Counted from the first letter of the stretch, positions 31,526-40,450 are shown. The stretch: 64,000 bases of DNA from an uncultured Candidatus Saccharibacteria bacterium (GCA_964607655.1 CAZSKX010000002.1:77327-141326); one strand, 5' to 3'. The notes: generated by a model from the sequence alone, not told the origin. Made by a program: numbers and translations.

Positions 31526-31643
31526 ACAGAAGTCAGCTCATGGAGTGGTGACGGTGTACTTTCATAACAAGAAGCTGCGGGATATATTGCTCGCCGAAAT
31601 TGAAAAAATCAAAGAACTCGGCTACTATGCGAAGGTGCGATAA

Positions 31644-31901
31644 GCCGATGTAGCTCAGTTGGTAGAGCACCACCATGGTGGGACGCGGTCCCTGCCCACT
31701 CGTCTGGTAACGGTCGAGTGAATCCTGAATAACGGTTAATATCCAGAAATGGACAAGACCGTGGCGATAAACAATCGCCCGAACGACTGACAAGGGTATC
31801 CATTTTTTTGGATAAAGATACAGTCTAGCCCTCTCGTATATATAAAGGAGAGGTGTAAGCGAAGGTGGGGGTCGTCGGTTCAATCCCGACCATCGGCTCC
31901 A
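31644..31901 (+). tRNA. tRNA-Thr (anticodon GGU) interrupted by a 182-nt intervening sequence (31680-31861), a candidate group I intron
   Basis: The 5' half is GCCGAUG-UA-GCUC-AGUUGGUA-GAGC-A-CCACC-AUGGU. The 3' half is AA-GGUGG-GGGUC-GUCGG-UUCAAUC-CCGAC-CAUCGGC-U-CCA. Joined, they give a perfect cloverleaf with a 7-nt anticodon loop AUGGUAA. The last 5'-exon nucleotide is U and the last intron nucleotide is G. Confidence 0.7.
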
Positions 31902-31924
31902 GGCCGTTCGAGGCCGATCATAGT

Positions 31925-31997
31925 GCCGCCTTAGCTCAGTTGGTAGAGCAACGGTATCGTAAACCGTAGGTCCCCAGTTCAAATCTGGGAGGCGGCT
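31925..31997 (+). tRNA. tRNA-Thr (anticodon CGU)
   Basis: GCCGCCU-UA-GCUC-AGUUGGUA-GAGC-A-ACGGU-AUCGUAA-ACCGU-AGGUC-CCCAG-UUCAAAU-CUGGG-AGGCGGC-U. Confidence 0.9.
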
Positions 31998-32051
31998 CAG
32001 AAAAAAGAAAGCGGGCCGCGAGGAGAATTTCTCCCCGCGACCCGCGGCCGG

Positions 32052-32579
32052 TTACAACCCCTCGTCCTCGAGGTACGCCAGCGCCGTTGCGAGCATGTCT
32101 CGGTGGTTGGCGTTGAAAGGTGCGATACTCGGGATCTCATCTCGGCGGAAGACCCTCACTTCGAGTGGATCGCCGTTCTCGTCGCCCTCAGGAGGCGTCG
32201 AGAGGATGAACTCGTCGGAGAGGAAGAAAAGCACGAGATCCTCGACGTTTCTCCAGTTTTTGCGCGCTTCTTCCCAGACGCAGAGCGCGTGACGCTTCCC
32301 GAGACGGAGGCAGACCTCCTCTGCGGTCTCGCGATACGCGGTCTGAAGGGCGTCCTTCTCACCGGGCTCTCTTCGTCCTCCCGGTAGACTCCAGAACGCG
32401 CCCGGACCGAACTTCAGCTTCTTGATGAAGATGATGTACGACGGTGATGCGATGACCACTCGCGAGGATCGCTGAGGTTCTCTGGCCGGCGTAGGGCGCC
32501 GGGAAGGGCGTTCGTTGGTAGGGGGTCGCTCGTAAGGAGCGATGCCGGATGGAAACTGACGAGAACTGCCTTTGCCCAT
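32052..32579 (-). CDS. NUDIX hydrolase
   Basis: Nudix box GGRREPGEKDALQTAYRETAEEVCL. The N-terminal low-complexity extension makes the start uncertain (the track ORF extends to 32621). Confidence 0.8.
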   Translation of the reverse strand: MGKGSSRQFPSGIAPYERPPTNERPSRRPTPAREPQRSSRVVIASPSYIIFIKKLKFGPGAFWSLPGGRREPGEKDALQTAYRETAEEVCLRLGKRHALCVWEEARKNWRNVEDLVLFFLSDEFILSTPPEGDENGDPLEVRVFRRDEIPSIAPFNANHRDMLATALAYLEDEGL

Positions 32580-32697
32580 GATGGCCTCCTGTTGCCCGAT
32601 AGGGCGGGTATTTAGACGCACAAGCGTCCTCTGGGCCTATTATATAGATAAACATCACGTTTGTCAAGATTGGCCTAAAATCTGCTAAAATATACCA

Positions 32698-33573
32698 ATG
32701 GACGAGACTGAGGTACGGCTTAAAGAAATCGAGGCGCTTATGGCCTCGAGCGACTTTTGGGCTGATAAAGATCAGGCGCAGCGAATCGTGGCAGAGTACC
32801 AGGCGCTGAAGGAAGGAGGCGGGGGCGATCCTCACGACCGGGGCGGCGCGACGCTTGCCGTTCTCGCGGGCGCAGGGGGCGATGACGCAGAAGACTTCGC
32901 CGCCATGCTCCGACGGATGTACGAAGGATACGCCGCTCTAAAGGGTTGGCGTACGGTAGAGATCCATTCCAATGAGAATGACCATGGGGGGTACCGGAAC
33001 CTGATGCTCGAAATTGACGGGGCAGGAGCCTACGGTCGTCTGAAGCATGAAATAGGCGTGCATCGGCTGGTGCGCATCTCACCATTTAATGCACAGAGTA
33101 AGCGCCAGACCTCCTTCGCGCTGGTTGAGGTGCTTCCTGTGCTCACCGCACAGGATAAGGTTGAGCTTAAACCTGACGATCTCGAGATCACCTTCGCCAA
33201 GAGCGGCGGAGCAGGCGGGCAAAACGTGAATAAGCGCGAGACCGCGGTGCGGATCCTCCATATCCCCACCAATATCTCAGTCCACGCCTCGAGCGAGCGC
33301 AGCCAACAGGCTAACCGCGAGAAGGCGCTCGCGCTTATAAAGGCCAAGATCTATGCTCAAGAGGAGGCGAAGCGTCAGGCTGAGGCGAAAGGCCGCTCGG
33401 TAGCGGCCACGACCGCTAACGAGTGGGGGAGTCAGATCCGCTCCTATGTCCTGCATCCATATAAGATGGTGAAAGATCACCGGACAGGGCACGAATCGGG
33501 CAATCCCGATAAGGTCTTAAGTGGAGAACTGGATGACTTTATTGATGCAGTGGGGCAGAGTGAGGTACAATAG
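32698..33573 (+). CDS. prfB: Peptide chain release factor 2 (short form, no programmed frameshift)
   Basis: RF2-specific SPF motif (RISPFNAQ), GGQ motif ([11 protein letters not shown]) and C-terminal [11 protein letters not shown]. It is only 291 aa. No upstream short ORF with a CUU-UGA-C shift site was found. Confidence 0.85.
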   Translation: MDETEVRLKEIEALMASSDFWADKDQAQRIVAEYQALKEGGGGDPHDRGGATLAVLAGAGGDDAEDFAAMLRRMYEGYAALKGWRTVEIHSNENDHGGYRNLMLEIDGAGAYGRLKHEIGVHRLVRISPFNAQSKRQTSFALVEVLPVLTAQDKVELKPDDLEITFAKSGGAGGQNVNKRETAVRILHIPTNISVHASSERSQQANREKALALIKAKIYAQEEAKRQAEAKGRSVAATTANEWGSQIRSYVLHPYKMVKDHRTGHESGNPDKVLSGELDDFIDAVGQSEVQ

Positions 33574-33582
33574 TAGTCGAGC

Positions 33583-34260
33583 ATGATTTATTTCGACCGA
33601 GTCACGAAACGCTACGGGAACGCGAAGGCACTCGAAGACGTGACGCTCTCAGTCGCCCCCAAAGAATTTGTGTCTATCGTTGGACACTCAGGCGCAGGTA
33701 AGACGACCCTCCTTAAGCTGCTCCTTGCTGAGGAGCGTCCTAGCGAAGGGTCCATCTTTTTTGAATCAGTTGATGTGAATGACTTGCCGGCAAAAGCACT
33801 CCACCACTATCGACGCAAGATCGGTACGGTCTTTCAGGACTTCCGTCTCATACCGAATAAGACCGCTTATGAAAACATCGCCTTTGCGATGGAGGCGACG
33901 GGACGCTCTGATTCAGAGATCGCGAGCGATGTGCCGTACATTCTCGAACTCGTGAACCTCGCCGATAAAGCCCGACATTTCCCCGACCAGCTCTCTGGCG
34001 GAGAGAAACAGCGTATTGCGATCGGTCGCGCGATCATCAACCAGCCTGACGTGATCGTGGCTGACGAGCCGACGGGGAACCTCGACCCCGTCAATACGTA
34101 TGAGATCGTAGAGATCTTAAAGAAGATTAATGAGCTTGGCACGACGATCATCATCACCACCCACAACAAGGGGGTGATCGAAGCGATCGGCAAGCGCGTG
34201 ATCACTATGGATGGGGGAAAAGTCGTGCGTGACGATGCGGCGGGCAATTATGTCCTATAA
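33583..34260 (+). CDS. ftsE: Cell-division ABC ATPase FtsE
   Basis: Walker [10 protein letters not shown], signature [15 protein letters not shown]; followed by ftsX. Confidence 0.9.
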   Translation: MIYFDRVTKRYGNAKALEDVTLSVAPKEFVSIVGHSGAGKTTLLKLLLAEERPSEGSIFFESVDVNDLPAKALHHYRRKIGTVFQDFRLIPNKTAYENIAFAMEATGRSDSEIASDVPYILELVNLADKARHFPDQLSGGEKQRIAIGRAIINQPDVIVADEPTGNLDPVNTYEIVEILKKINELGTTIIITTHNKGVIEAIGKRVITMDGGKVVRDDAAGNYVL

Positions 34261-34269
34261 CATAGAACT

Positions 34270-35196
34270 ATGAACTGGATGGTAATCAAACGAGTGATGG
34301 TTGCGGGGACGAAAAATTTCATGCGCGGTGGTGCCGTCTCTGCCGCGACGGTGCTCGTGATGACCACCACGCTCGGGATCATCAGCTCGCTTATCTTCCT
34401 CTCGGGTCTTCTGGGCTTCACGCTCGACCTGGTTAAGGAGAAGGTAGATATTTCAGTCTACTTCGTGCGCACGGCGAGCGAGGAGCAGATCTTCCAGGTG
34501 AAAGAGCAGCTCGAGAAGCTTCCCGAGGTCTCAAGCGTCAGCTACACCTCAGCTGAGGAGGCGTTGACCGCCTTCCGCAGCAGACACGCAAACGATCAAC
34601 TCACGCTCCAGGCGCTCGACGAGCTCGGCAGTAATCCGCTCGATGCCTCGCTTTCTGTGCGCGCGAAGGATCCGTCACAGTACGAGAGCATCATCAACTT
34701 CCTCGAGGCTTCTCCGACGCTCTCGGGAGGCAGCTCTTCAATTGTCGATCGGATTAATTATGAGCAGAACAAGCCGACCCTTGACCGACTCTCGCTCGCG
34801 ATTAGTGCGACCCGCCAGGTCGGGCTCGCCATTATCTTCATCTTCGCCATCGCGTCGATCTTGATCGCCTTCGCGACGATCCGCCTCGCGATCTATACCT
34901 CTAAAGAAGAGATTGCCGTGATGAAGCTCGTGGGTGCAAGTAACGCCTATGTCCAAGCGCCCTTCGTGTTTGAAGGCGTGATCACGGGGACGATCTCGGC
35001 TTTTATTGTGCTCGTCGCGTTGTGGCCGATCACCTGGTATGCGGGAAGCAAGACGGCCAGTTGGTTCGGCGGCTTCCACCTCGGTAGCTACTACGCCGGA
35101 CATTTCCCCCTTATTTTCATAATCGTTCTTGGATCGGGTGTGCTTCTGGGCTCCGTGGCCTCGATATTCGCGATTCGTAAATACCTCAAGGCGTAA
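34270..35196 (+). CDS. ftsX: Cell-division permease-like protein FtsX
   Basis: 308 aa with an N-terminal TM, a periplasmic domain and three C-terminal TM helices (FtsX fold). Confidence 0.85.
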   Translation: MNWMVIKRVMVAGTKNFMRGGAVSAATVLVMTTTLGIISSLIFLSGLLGFTLDLVKEKVDISVYFVRTASEEQIFQVKEQLEKLPEVSSVSYTSAEEALTAFRSRHANDQLTLQALDELGSNPLDASLSVRAKDPSQYESIINFLEASPTLSGGSSSIVDRINYEQNKPTLDRLSLAISATRQVGLAIIFIFAIASILIAFATIRLAIYTSKEEIAVMKLVGASNAYVQAPFVFEGVITGTISAFIVLVALWPITWYAGSKTASWFGGFHLGSYYAGHFPLIFIIVLGSGVLLGSVASIFAIRKYLKA

Positions 35197-35200
35197 AGGT

Positions 35201-36856
35201 ATGGCTAAAGAAGGTCACAAATATATATTCGTCCTTGGCGGGGTGATGAGCGGCGTCGGTAAGGGAGTGGTGACGAGCTCGATCGGGCTCCTCCTCCAGC
35301 AGAAGGGGTATCCGGTTAACCTGGTTAAGGTAGATCCATACTTGAACGTCGATGCGGGGACGATGAATCCCACCGAGCACGGCGAAGTCTTCGTCTTGAG
35401 GAGTGGTCTCGAGACCGATCAGGACATGGGTAATTATGAGCGCTTTCTCGGTCGTGATCTGACCAACGACGACTACATGACGAGCGGGATGGTCTATCAG
35501 ACGGTGATCGAGCGCGAGCGCGCACTTGGCTACGGAGGGAAGTGTATCGAGGCGATTCCTCACGTGCGCGACGAGATCACACGGCGCATCGAGGCCGCGG
35601 CCTCCTACAACGGTAGTCGTGTGTCAGTGGTCGAGATCGGCGGCACGATCGGAGACTTCCAGAACGCGCTCTACATCGACGCGGCGCGCGTGCTCAAGAT
35701 GCGCTACCCTGACGACGTGCTCTTCGTGATGGTCTCGTACCTGCCTACACCCGGCACGATCGGTGAGATGAAGACCAAGCCGACCCAGACCGCAGTGCGC
35801 GACCTCAACTCCTACGGCGTGCAGCCTGACTTCATAATCGCCCGCTCGAAGGAGCCGCTCGATGAGAAGCGTAAAGAGAAGATCGCGATCTCCTGCTCGG
35901 TACGGAAGGATCGCGTGATCAGTGCTCCTGACATTAGCTCGATCTATGAAGCGCCGCTTAACTTCGAGAAGGACGCCTTCAGCGACTCGCTACTCGAGGC
36001 GTTGAAGCTCCCCGAGAAGCGTAAGGCCTCGCTTGCTGCCTGGAAGAAATTCGCAACAGCAGCAGCCAACAAGAAAGCCCCAGAGGTGAAGATCGCGATC
36101 GTTGGGAAATATTTTGATACGGGTGACTTTGTGCTATCAGACGCATATCTCTCAGTGATCGAAGCGCTGAAGTTCTCGGCCGCGAAGCTAGGTAAGCGCG
36201 CGAACATCACCTGGGTCAACGCAAAAGATTTTGAGAAAGGGAAGTCGGTCAATACACTCGCGAGCTATGACGGGATCCTCGTGCCGGGCGGTTTCGGCGA
36301 GTCAGGGATCGAGGGGAAGATCAAGGCGATTCAGTATGCACGCGAACACAAGATTCCGTACTTCGGGCTTTGCTACGGCATGCAGCTCCTCGTGATCGAG
36401 TATGCACGACATGTGCTCGGGCTGAAGGACGCTCACACGGTTGAAATAAATAAAAAGACTGCGCACCCGATCGTCGACGTGATGCTCGACCAGAAGAAAC
36501 ACCTCGCGGAAGGCAAGTACGGCGGCACGATGCGCCTCGGTTCTTACCCCGCATATCTGAAGAAGGGCACGATCGCCCGCGCGGCGTATAAGAAGGAGCT
36601 CGTCGACGAGCGTCACCGCCATCGCTACGAGATCAACAACGGCTACGTCGAGCAGCTCGAGAAGGCAGGACTTGTCTTTAGTGGCACATCACCCGACGGA
36701 CTTCTGATGGAGATCGCCGAGCTGCCCAAGAAGGAGCATCCTTTCATGCTCGGCACACAGTTTCACCCCGAGTTCCAGGCACGACCGCTCTCGCCGCACC
36801 CACTCTTTACCGAATTTCTTAAGGTAGCCGTTGATAATCGCAAGAAAGGGAAATAG
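35201..36856 (+). CDS. pyrG: CTP synthase
   Basis: N-terminal KYIFVLGGVMSGVGKG synthetase domain. The C-terminal GATase has GLCYGMQ (catalytic Cys) and a His-Glu pair. The start is at the internal Met (the track ORF begins at 35129) and an aaagg RBS is present. Confidence 0.95.
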   Translation: MAKEGHKYIFVLGGVMSGVGKGVVTSSIGLLLQQKGYPVNLVKVDPYLNVDAGTMNPTEHGEVFVLRSGLETDQDMGNYERFLGRDLTNDDYMTSGMVYQTVIERERALGYGGKCIEAIPHVRDEITRRIEAAASYNGSRVSVVEIGGTIGDFQNALYIDAARVLKMRYPDDVLFVMVSYLPTPGTIGEMKTKPTQTAVRDLNSYGVQPDFIIARSKEPLDEKRKEKIAISCSVRKDRVISAPDISSIYEAPLNFEKDAFSDSLLEALKLPEKRKASLAAWKKFATAAANKKAPEVKIAIVGKYFDTGDFVLSDAYLSVIEALKFSAAKLGKRANITWVNAKDFEKGKSVNTLASYDGILVPGGFGESGIEGKIKAIQYAREHKIPYFGLCYGMQLLVIEYARHVLGLKDAHTVEINKKTAHPIVDVMLDQKKHLAEGKYGGTMRLGSYPAYLKKGTIARAAYKKELVDERHRHRYEINNGYVEQLEKAGLVFSGTSPDGLLMEIAELPKKEHPFMLGTQFHPEFQARPLSPHPLFTEFLKVAVDNRKKGK

Positions 36857-36936
36857 CTTTTGATGAAGATTTAGTTGGCTATTTAGGCGGAAATTGCCGA
36901 AAGGGGATTGCCAAATCTGTTCTAATATGTTAGGAT

Positions 36937-38094
36937 ATGGGAGTGAAAGTGCTTACCAATATACGGTTTTATACCGTGGCGGGAATCGCGCAGTATCTCT
37001 CAAATTTCATCCGCCACAACGAACAGGATCAACGATCCGCTCTTTTTTTGTACGGTGTCGATATCATGCTGCCCGGTGAGCAGCAGAACATTCCCCACGA
37101 GTTGGTACGCAATGCCAAACAGTTTACATTGCACACAGAGACGGTGGCGTACCCGTCGGTTGGCGACGTCGTAAAGACGGTGGCTCACCTCGACGGAGTA
37201 CGAACAGCGTATGAGCCCGTGATCGCAGCCTATCTCGCAGAAATTCATAAAGTACGGCCAGACGTGATTCTCGTAAACGGCACCTTCTTTCTCCCGTGGT
37301 GTCTCCTTCAGGCGGCACGGCGCTACGGCAAAGCGCGTATCATCGTCCACTACCACGGTGTGCTTTCTAAAGAGGTTGAGCACTGGAAGGAGCAGCAGGC
37401 GAAGGACCTTTTTCTCGCGATGGAGCGTGAGTTTGATGACGATAACGTATCGTATGTCTTCCCCTCACAGCACGCGCGAACCATCGTCGAACAAGACGTC
37501 TTCGGGCACCCGATTCGCCAGGCGGTCATTCTCCCGAACCCGACACCAGAGGCCTTCTTTGAGGAACCACAGACCGTGTCGCAGCGCGTTATCGGGATGG
37601 TGAGTCGCTGGACACGCGTGAAGAACCCAGCGTTTCTGGTCTCACTCGCGCGCCATAACCGTAAGGTTGATGCGGGGTACGCAGTCAAAGCAATTTCTGA
37701 TATTAAGTCTGACTCGCCACAGTACAAAAAAGCTTCGGGGATCATCTCCTTTTCTCCACCGGTAGATAACGCGCGGCTCCCAAGCTTCTATAGGCGGCTG
37801 GGGGCGCTTATCATGCCCTCACACTTCGAGACGTACGGCAATGTGGCGCAAGAGGCGCTCGCCACTGGAGTGCCGGTCTTGGTGAGCCAGCACACCGGCT
37901 TCGCTGAGACGTTACGTAATGTGAATCTCGACCATTGGGTCGCGGATTTTACTTCGCCCGCTGAAGTGCTCTCTCGTTTGGAGGCGATCATAGAGGCGGG
38001 AGTACCGCGCGCCTCATGGGAGCAGTTGCGTAGTGAGTACACTAATACGCCGGTGTTTAATAAGTACTCGAGCGTGTTGCGCGGTACTCTGTAA
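36937..38094 (+). CDS. Glycosyltransferase family 4 (GT-B, GT1/GT4 retaining type)
   Basis: C-terminal EX7E region: PSHFETYGNVAQEALATGVPVL. Confidence 0.8.
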   Translation: MGVKVLTNIRFYTVAGIAQYLSNFIRHNEQDQRSALFLYGVDIMLPGEQQNIPHELVRNAKQFTLHTETVAYPSVGDVVKTVAHLDGVRTAYEPVIAAYLAEIHKVRPDVILVNGTFFLPWCLLQAARRYGKARIIVHYHGVLSKEVEHWKEQQAKDLFLAMEREFDDDNVSYVFPSQHARTIVEQDVFGHPIRQAVILPNPTPEAFFEEPQTVSQRVIGMVSRWTRVKNPAFLVSLARHNRKVDAGYAVKAISDIKSDSPQYKKASGIISFSPPVDNARLPSFYRRLGALIMPSHFETYGNVAQEALATGVPVLVSQHTGFAETLRNVNLDHWVADFTSPAEVLSRLEAIIEAGVPRASWEQLRSEYTNTPVFNKYSSVLRGTL

Positions 38095-38143
38095 GAGTAC
38101 TGGGCTGGAAGAAAGTCCCTAAAGAGTGTATTGTCTAAGCAAT

Positions 38144-38214
38144 TGCCGGTTCGTCTAATGGTAGGACAGCGGCCTCTGAAGCCGTTAATTGGGGTTCGAG
38201 TCCCTGACCGGCAG
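38144..38214 (+). tRNA. tRNA-Gln (anticodon CUG)
   Basis: UGCCGGU-UC-GUCU-AAUGGUA-GGAC-A-GCGGC-CUCUGAA-GCCGU-UAAU-UGGGG-UUCGAGU-CCCUG-ACCGGCA-G. It has the U1:A72 pair typical of bacterial tRNA-Gln. Confidence 0.85.
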
Positions 38215-38241
38215 CTAATCAGGTCTTGGTATACTGCCTTT

Positions 38242-38361
38242 ATGACAAAAGAAGGTCCGCTAAAACCACAGACTCCTGAACAAGAACAGTATCCTCAAAT
38301 GTCTCCCGAGGACATTGTAGAAATGCAGAACCAGATACCCGCTCTAAAGGAGATGTTGTAG
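38242..38361 (+). CDS. Small coiled-coil ORF terminated by an in-frame TAG; protein-like sequence continues to 38493
   Basis: MTKEGPLKPQTPEQEQYPQMSPEDIVEMQNQIPALKEML-TAG-ERRDELAQLEVTLNADRDRIAALREEIAELEFEIEGREDVEVL-TAG, all in one frame. Confidence 0.35.
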   Translation: MTKEGPLKPQTPEQEQYPQMSPEDIVEMQNQIPALKEML

Positions 38362-38542
38362 GAGCGCCGAGACGAACTGGCTCAGCTCGAAGTCACCCTT
38401 AATGCTGACCGAGATCGTATAGCAGCCTTACGAGAAGAAATCGCTGAATTGGAGTTTGAGATTGAAGGCCGGGAAGACGTCGAAGTTCTGTAGAAGAGTT
38501 CCAACATCGCCCCAAAACGGTCAGCTCGTCTAGTTTGATACA

Positions 38543-39148
38543 ATGGCGTCAATGAGACCGATTGAGAGGTTGCGGCAAGAAGTTCATGAGCTGTATTCAG
38601 AAAAACGCCCTGGGCGTGCTGATTGGGCCGATTGGATCTACGACAAGCACGTGATTCTTGTTGGTGATGAGGCTCGCAAGATTGCTCAAGAATACGGAGG
38701 CAACCCGGACCTGGCCGAAGCAGGTGGCCTTCTTCACGATATTGCTGACGCAGTGATGAAAAGAGAAGATCCCGAGCACGAACAAGAGAGTTTGCACATC
38801 GCCCGAGAATTGCTACAGAAGACCGGATTTACTGATGACGAGATGTCTATCATCGTCGACGACGCAATTACAAATCACGGGTGTCACGGTGATATCCGAC
38901 CCGCCACTCCAGAAGGCAAGGCTATGGCTGCCGGGGATGGGGTGATCCATCTCGTAAGTGATTTCTATCAAATCGCAGAAGCGGGACGACTGGGACACGA
39001 ATCGCCGCAAGAGGTCGCCGAATGGGCCTTACCCAAATTGGAGAGAGACTTTACAAACAAAATTGCCTACGACCCTCTGAGAAAGAAAGTCAGACCAGAC
39101 TACGAGCGACTCGTGGCGCATTTTAGAGATTTGGCATCTAGCACGTAG
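38543..39148 (+). CDS. HD-domain metal-dependent phosphohydrolase
   Basis: H...HD motif GGLLHDIADAV; 201 aa. It is bracketed by a 17-nt direct repeat. Confidence 0.8.
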   Translation: MASMRPIERLRQEVHELYSEKRPGRADWADWIYDKHVILVGDEARKIAQEYGGNPDLAEAGGLLHDIADAVMKREDPEHEQESLHIARELLQKTGFTDDEMSIIVDDAITNHGCHGDIRPATPEGKAMAAGDGVIHLVSDFYQIAEAGRLGHESPQEVAEWALPKLERDFTNKIAYDPLRKKVRPDYERLVAHFRDLASST

Positions 39149-39242
39149 GTTCCAACATCGCCCCAGTGTAGACAGTCGGTACCGTCGAGGTACACTGTGG
39201 GATATAAAAAAGCCGAGAGCAATCATTTATGACAACGATGGA

Positions 39243-39821
39243 ATGATCACCTATGGTGGCCGTTTCAGCGAGCAGTATACGCAAGAGTATGGGGTAGATT
39301 TCACCACTATGGCGCCCTTCTTCGAAGGTTCTTTTAAGGACTGTTTGGTAGGGAAAGCAGATCTTAAAGAAGAGCTCGCGAAAGTGCTCGAGGCGTGGAA
39401 GTGGAGCGGCTCTGTCGATGACCTGCTCGCGTATTGGTTTTCAATCGGCGACTCAGTCTACAACAACGTGTATGACTCTATTTCGAGACTAAAGGCACAA
39501 GGAGCCGTTGTTTGTCTGGCGACTAATCAAGAGAAATATCGAAAGCAGTACCTCGTTACCAAGCTGGCATACGACAAAGTATTTGATGAAATAATCTGTT
39601 CAGCTGACCTCGGCGTGTACAAACATAGTCCTGAGGGGCTGGAAAAAATCTTCCAGATTTTGAAAGAAAAGCATGGAGTGCTGGATAAGGGAGAGATCCT
39701 GTACTGGGATGATCGAGAGGATCATGTTGAAAGTCTAAATAAAGCCGGATTCAACGGGCAGCTGTATCGCGACTATCCCACTTTCAAATTAACGTTGTTG
39801 GAGCACGGGTATCAGCTATAG
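39243..39821 (+). CDS. HAD-superfamily hydrolase (coordinates from the first ATG; the true N-terminus probably lies about 18-21 nt upstream)
   Basis: Motif II LATN, motif III Lys and motif IV WDDRED are present. Motif I (AIIYDNDGMI) is encoded in frame just upstream of the first ATG. Confidence 0.7.
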   Translation: MITYGGRFSEQYTQEYGVDFTTMAPFFEGSFKDCLVGKADLKEELAKVLEAWKWSGSVDDLLAYWFSIGDSVYNNVYDSISRLKAQGAVVCLATNQEKYRKQYLVTKLAYDKVFDEIICSADLGVYKHSPEGLEKIFQILKEKHGVLDKGEILYWDDREDHVESLNKAGFNGQLYRDYPTFKLTLLEHGYQL

Positions 39822-39882
39822 GGCGTGCTGTCGATGTAAAGCGTCTTTGACAGCCTGTTTGTAGGCGCGGTAGACTCAAACG

Positions 39883-40098
39883 ATGGCCGAGCAAACGGTA
39901 CAGAATAATGTGTACTCGCTTCGCGCGAAGCGAGCGATGACGCAGGAAGAGCTCGCTGAGCGTGTGGGCGTGACGCGCCAGACGATTATCTCGATCGAGA
40001 AGGGGAATTACACTCCCTCGGTCCTGCTCGCGCTTAAGCTCGCTCGGGCGTTTAAGGTCCCTGTTGAAGAACTTTTTACTATTTCTTATGCAAAATAA
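39883..40098 (+). CDS. XRE-family HTH transcriptional regulator
   Basis: [39 protein letters not shown] is a Cro/C1-type HTH; 71 aa. Confidence 0.85.
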   Translation: MAEQTVQNNVYSLRAKRAMTQEELAERVGVTRQTIISIEKGNYTPSVLLALKLARAFKVPVEELFTISYAK

Positions 40099-40450
40099 TT
40101 ACGCACCCCTTACGACAGGCTTTGCGCTTGTTGTTCTCCTCGTACTTCTCACCGACCCCTTTATGCTCTGGATGCCAGCGCCGGCACAGATGGCGGTGCT
40201 GCTTGGCGCGGTGGTCCTCGCGATTATATGGGCGGGGTTTGTCATGCGCGAGCGGGCACACGACGAGCGCGACGCGCTCCACGCTCGTCACGCCGGGAGA
40301 GTCGCGTATCTATCGGGTCTCGGTGTGCTCACGCTTGGCCTCATATACCAAGGGCTCGCGCATGCGATCGATCCGTGGATCGTCGTCGCGCTTGGTGTGA
40401 TGGTCATCGCCAAGCTGGCGACACGATTCTACCTCGACCACTACTGCTAG
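40064..40450 (+). CDS. Small membrane protein co-transcribed with the XRE regulator
   Basis: Three or four TM helices; overlaps the regulator's 3' end. The start may be the internal Met near 40088. Confidence 0.5.
   Translation: MKNFLLFLMQNNYAPLTTGFALVVLLVLLTDPFMLWMPAPAQMAVLLGAVVLAIIWAGFVMRERAHDERDALHARHAGRVAYLSGLGVLTLGLIYQGLAHAIDPWIVVALGVMVIAKLATRFYLDHYC

Noticed and set aside
38539-38544. TACAAT -10 hexamer upstream of the HD gene
   Set aside because: On recounting, the hexamer overlaps the ATG start codon itself (38543-45), so it cannot be this gene's -10.
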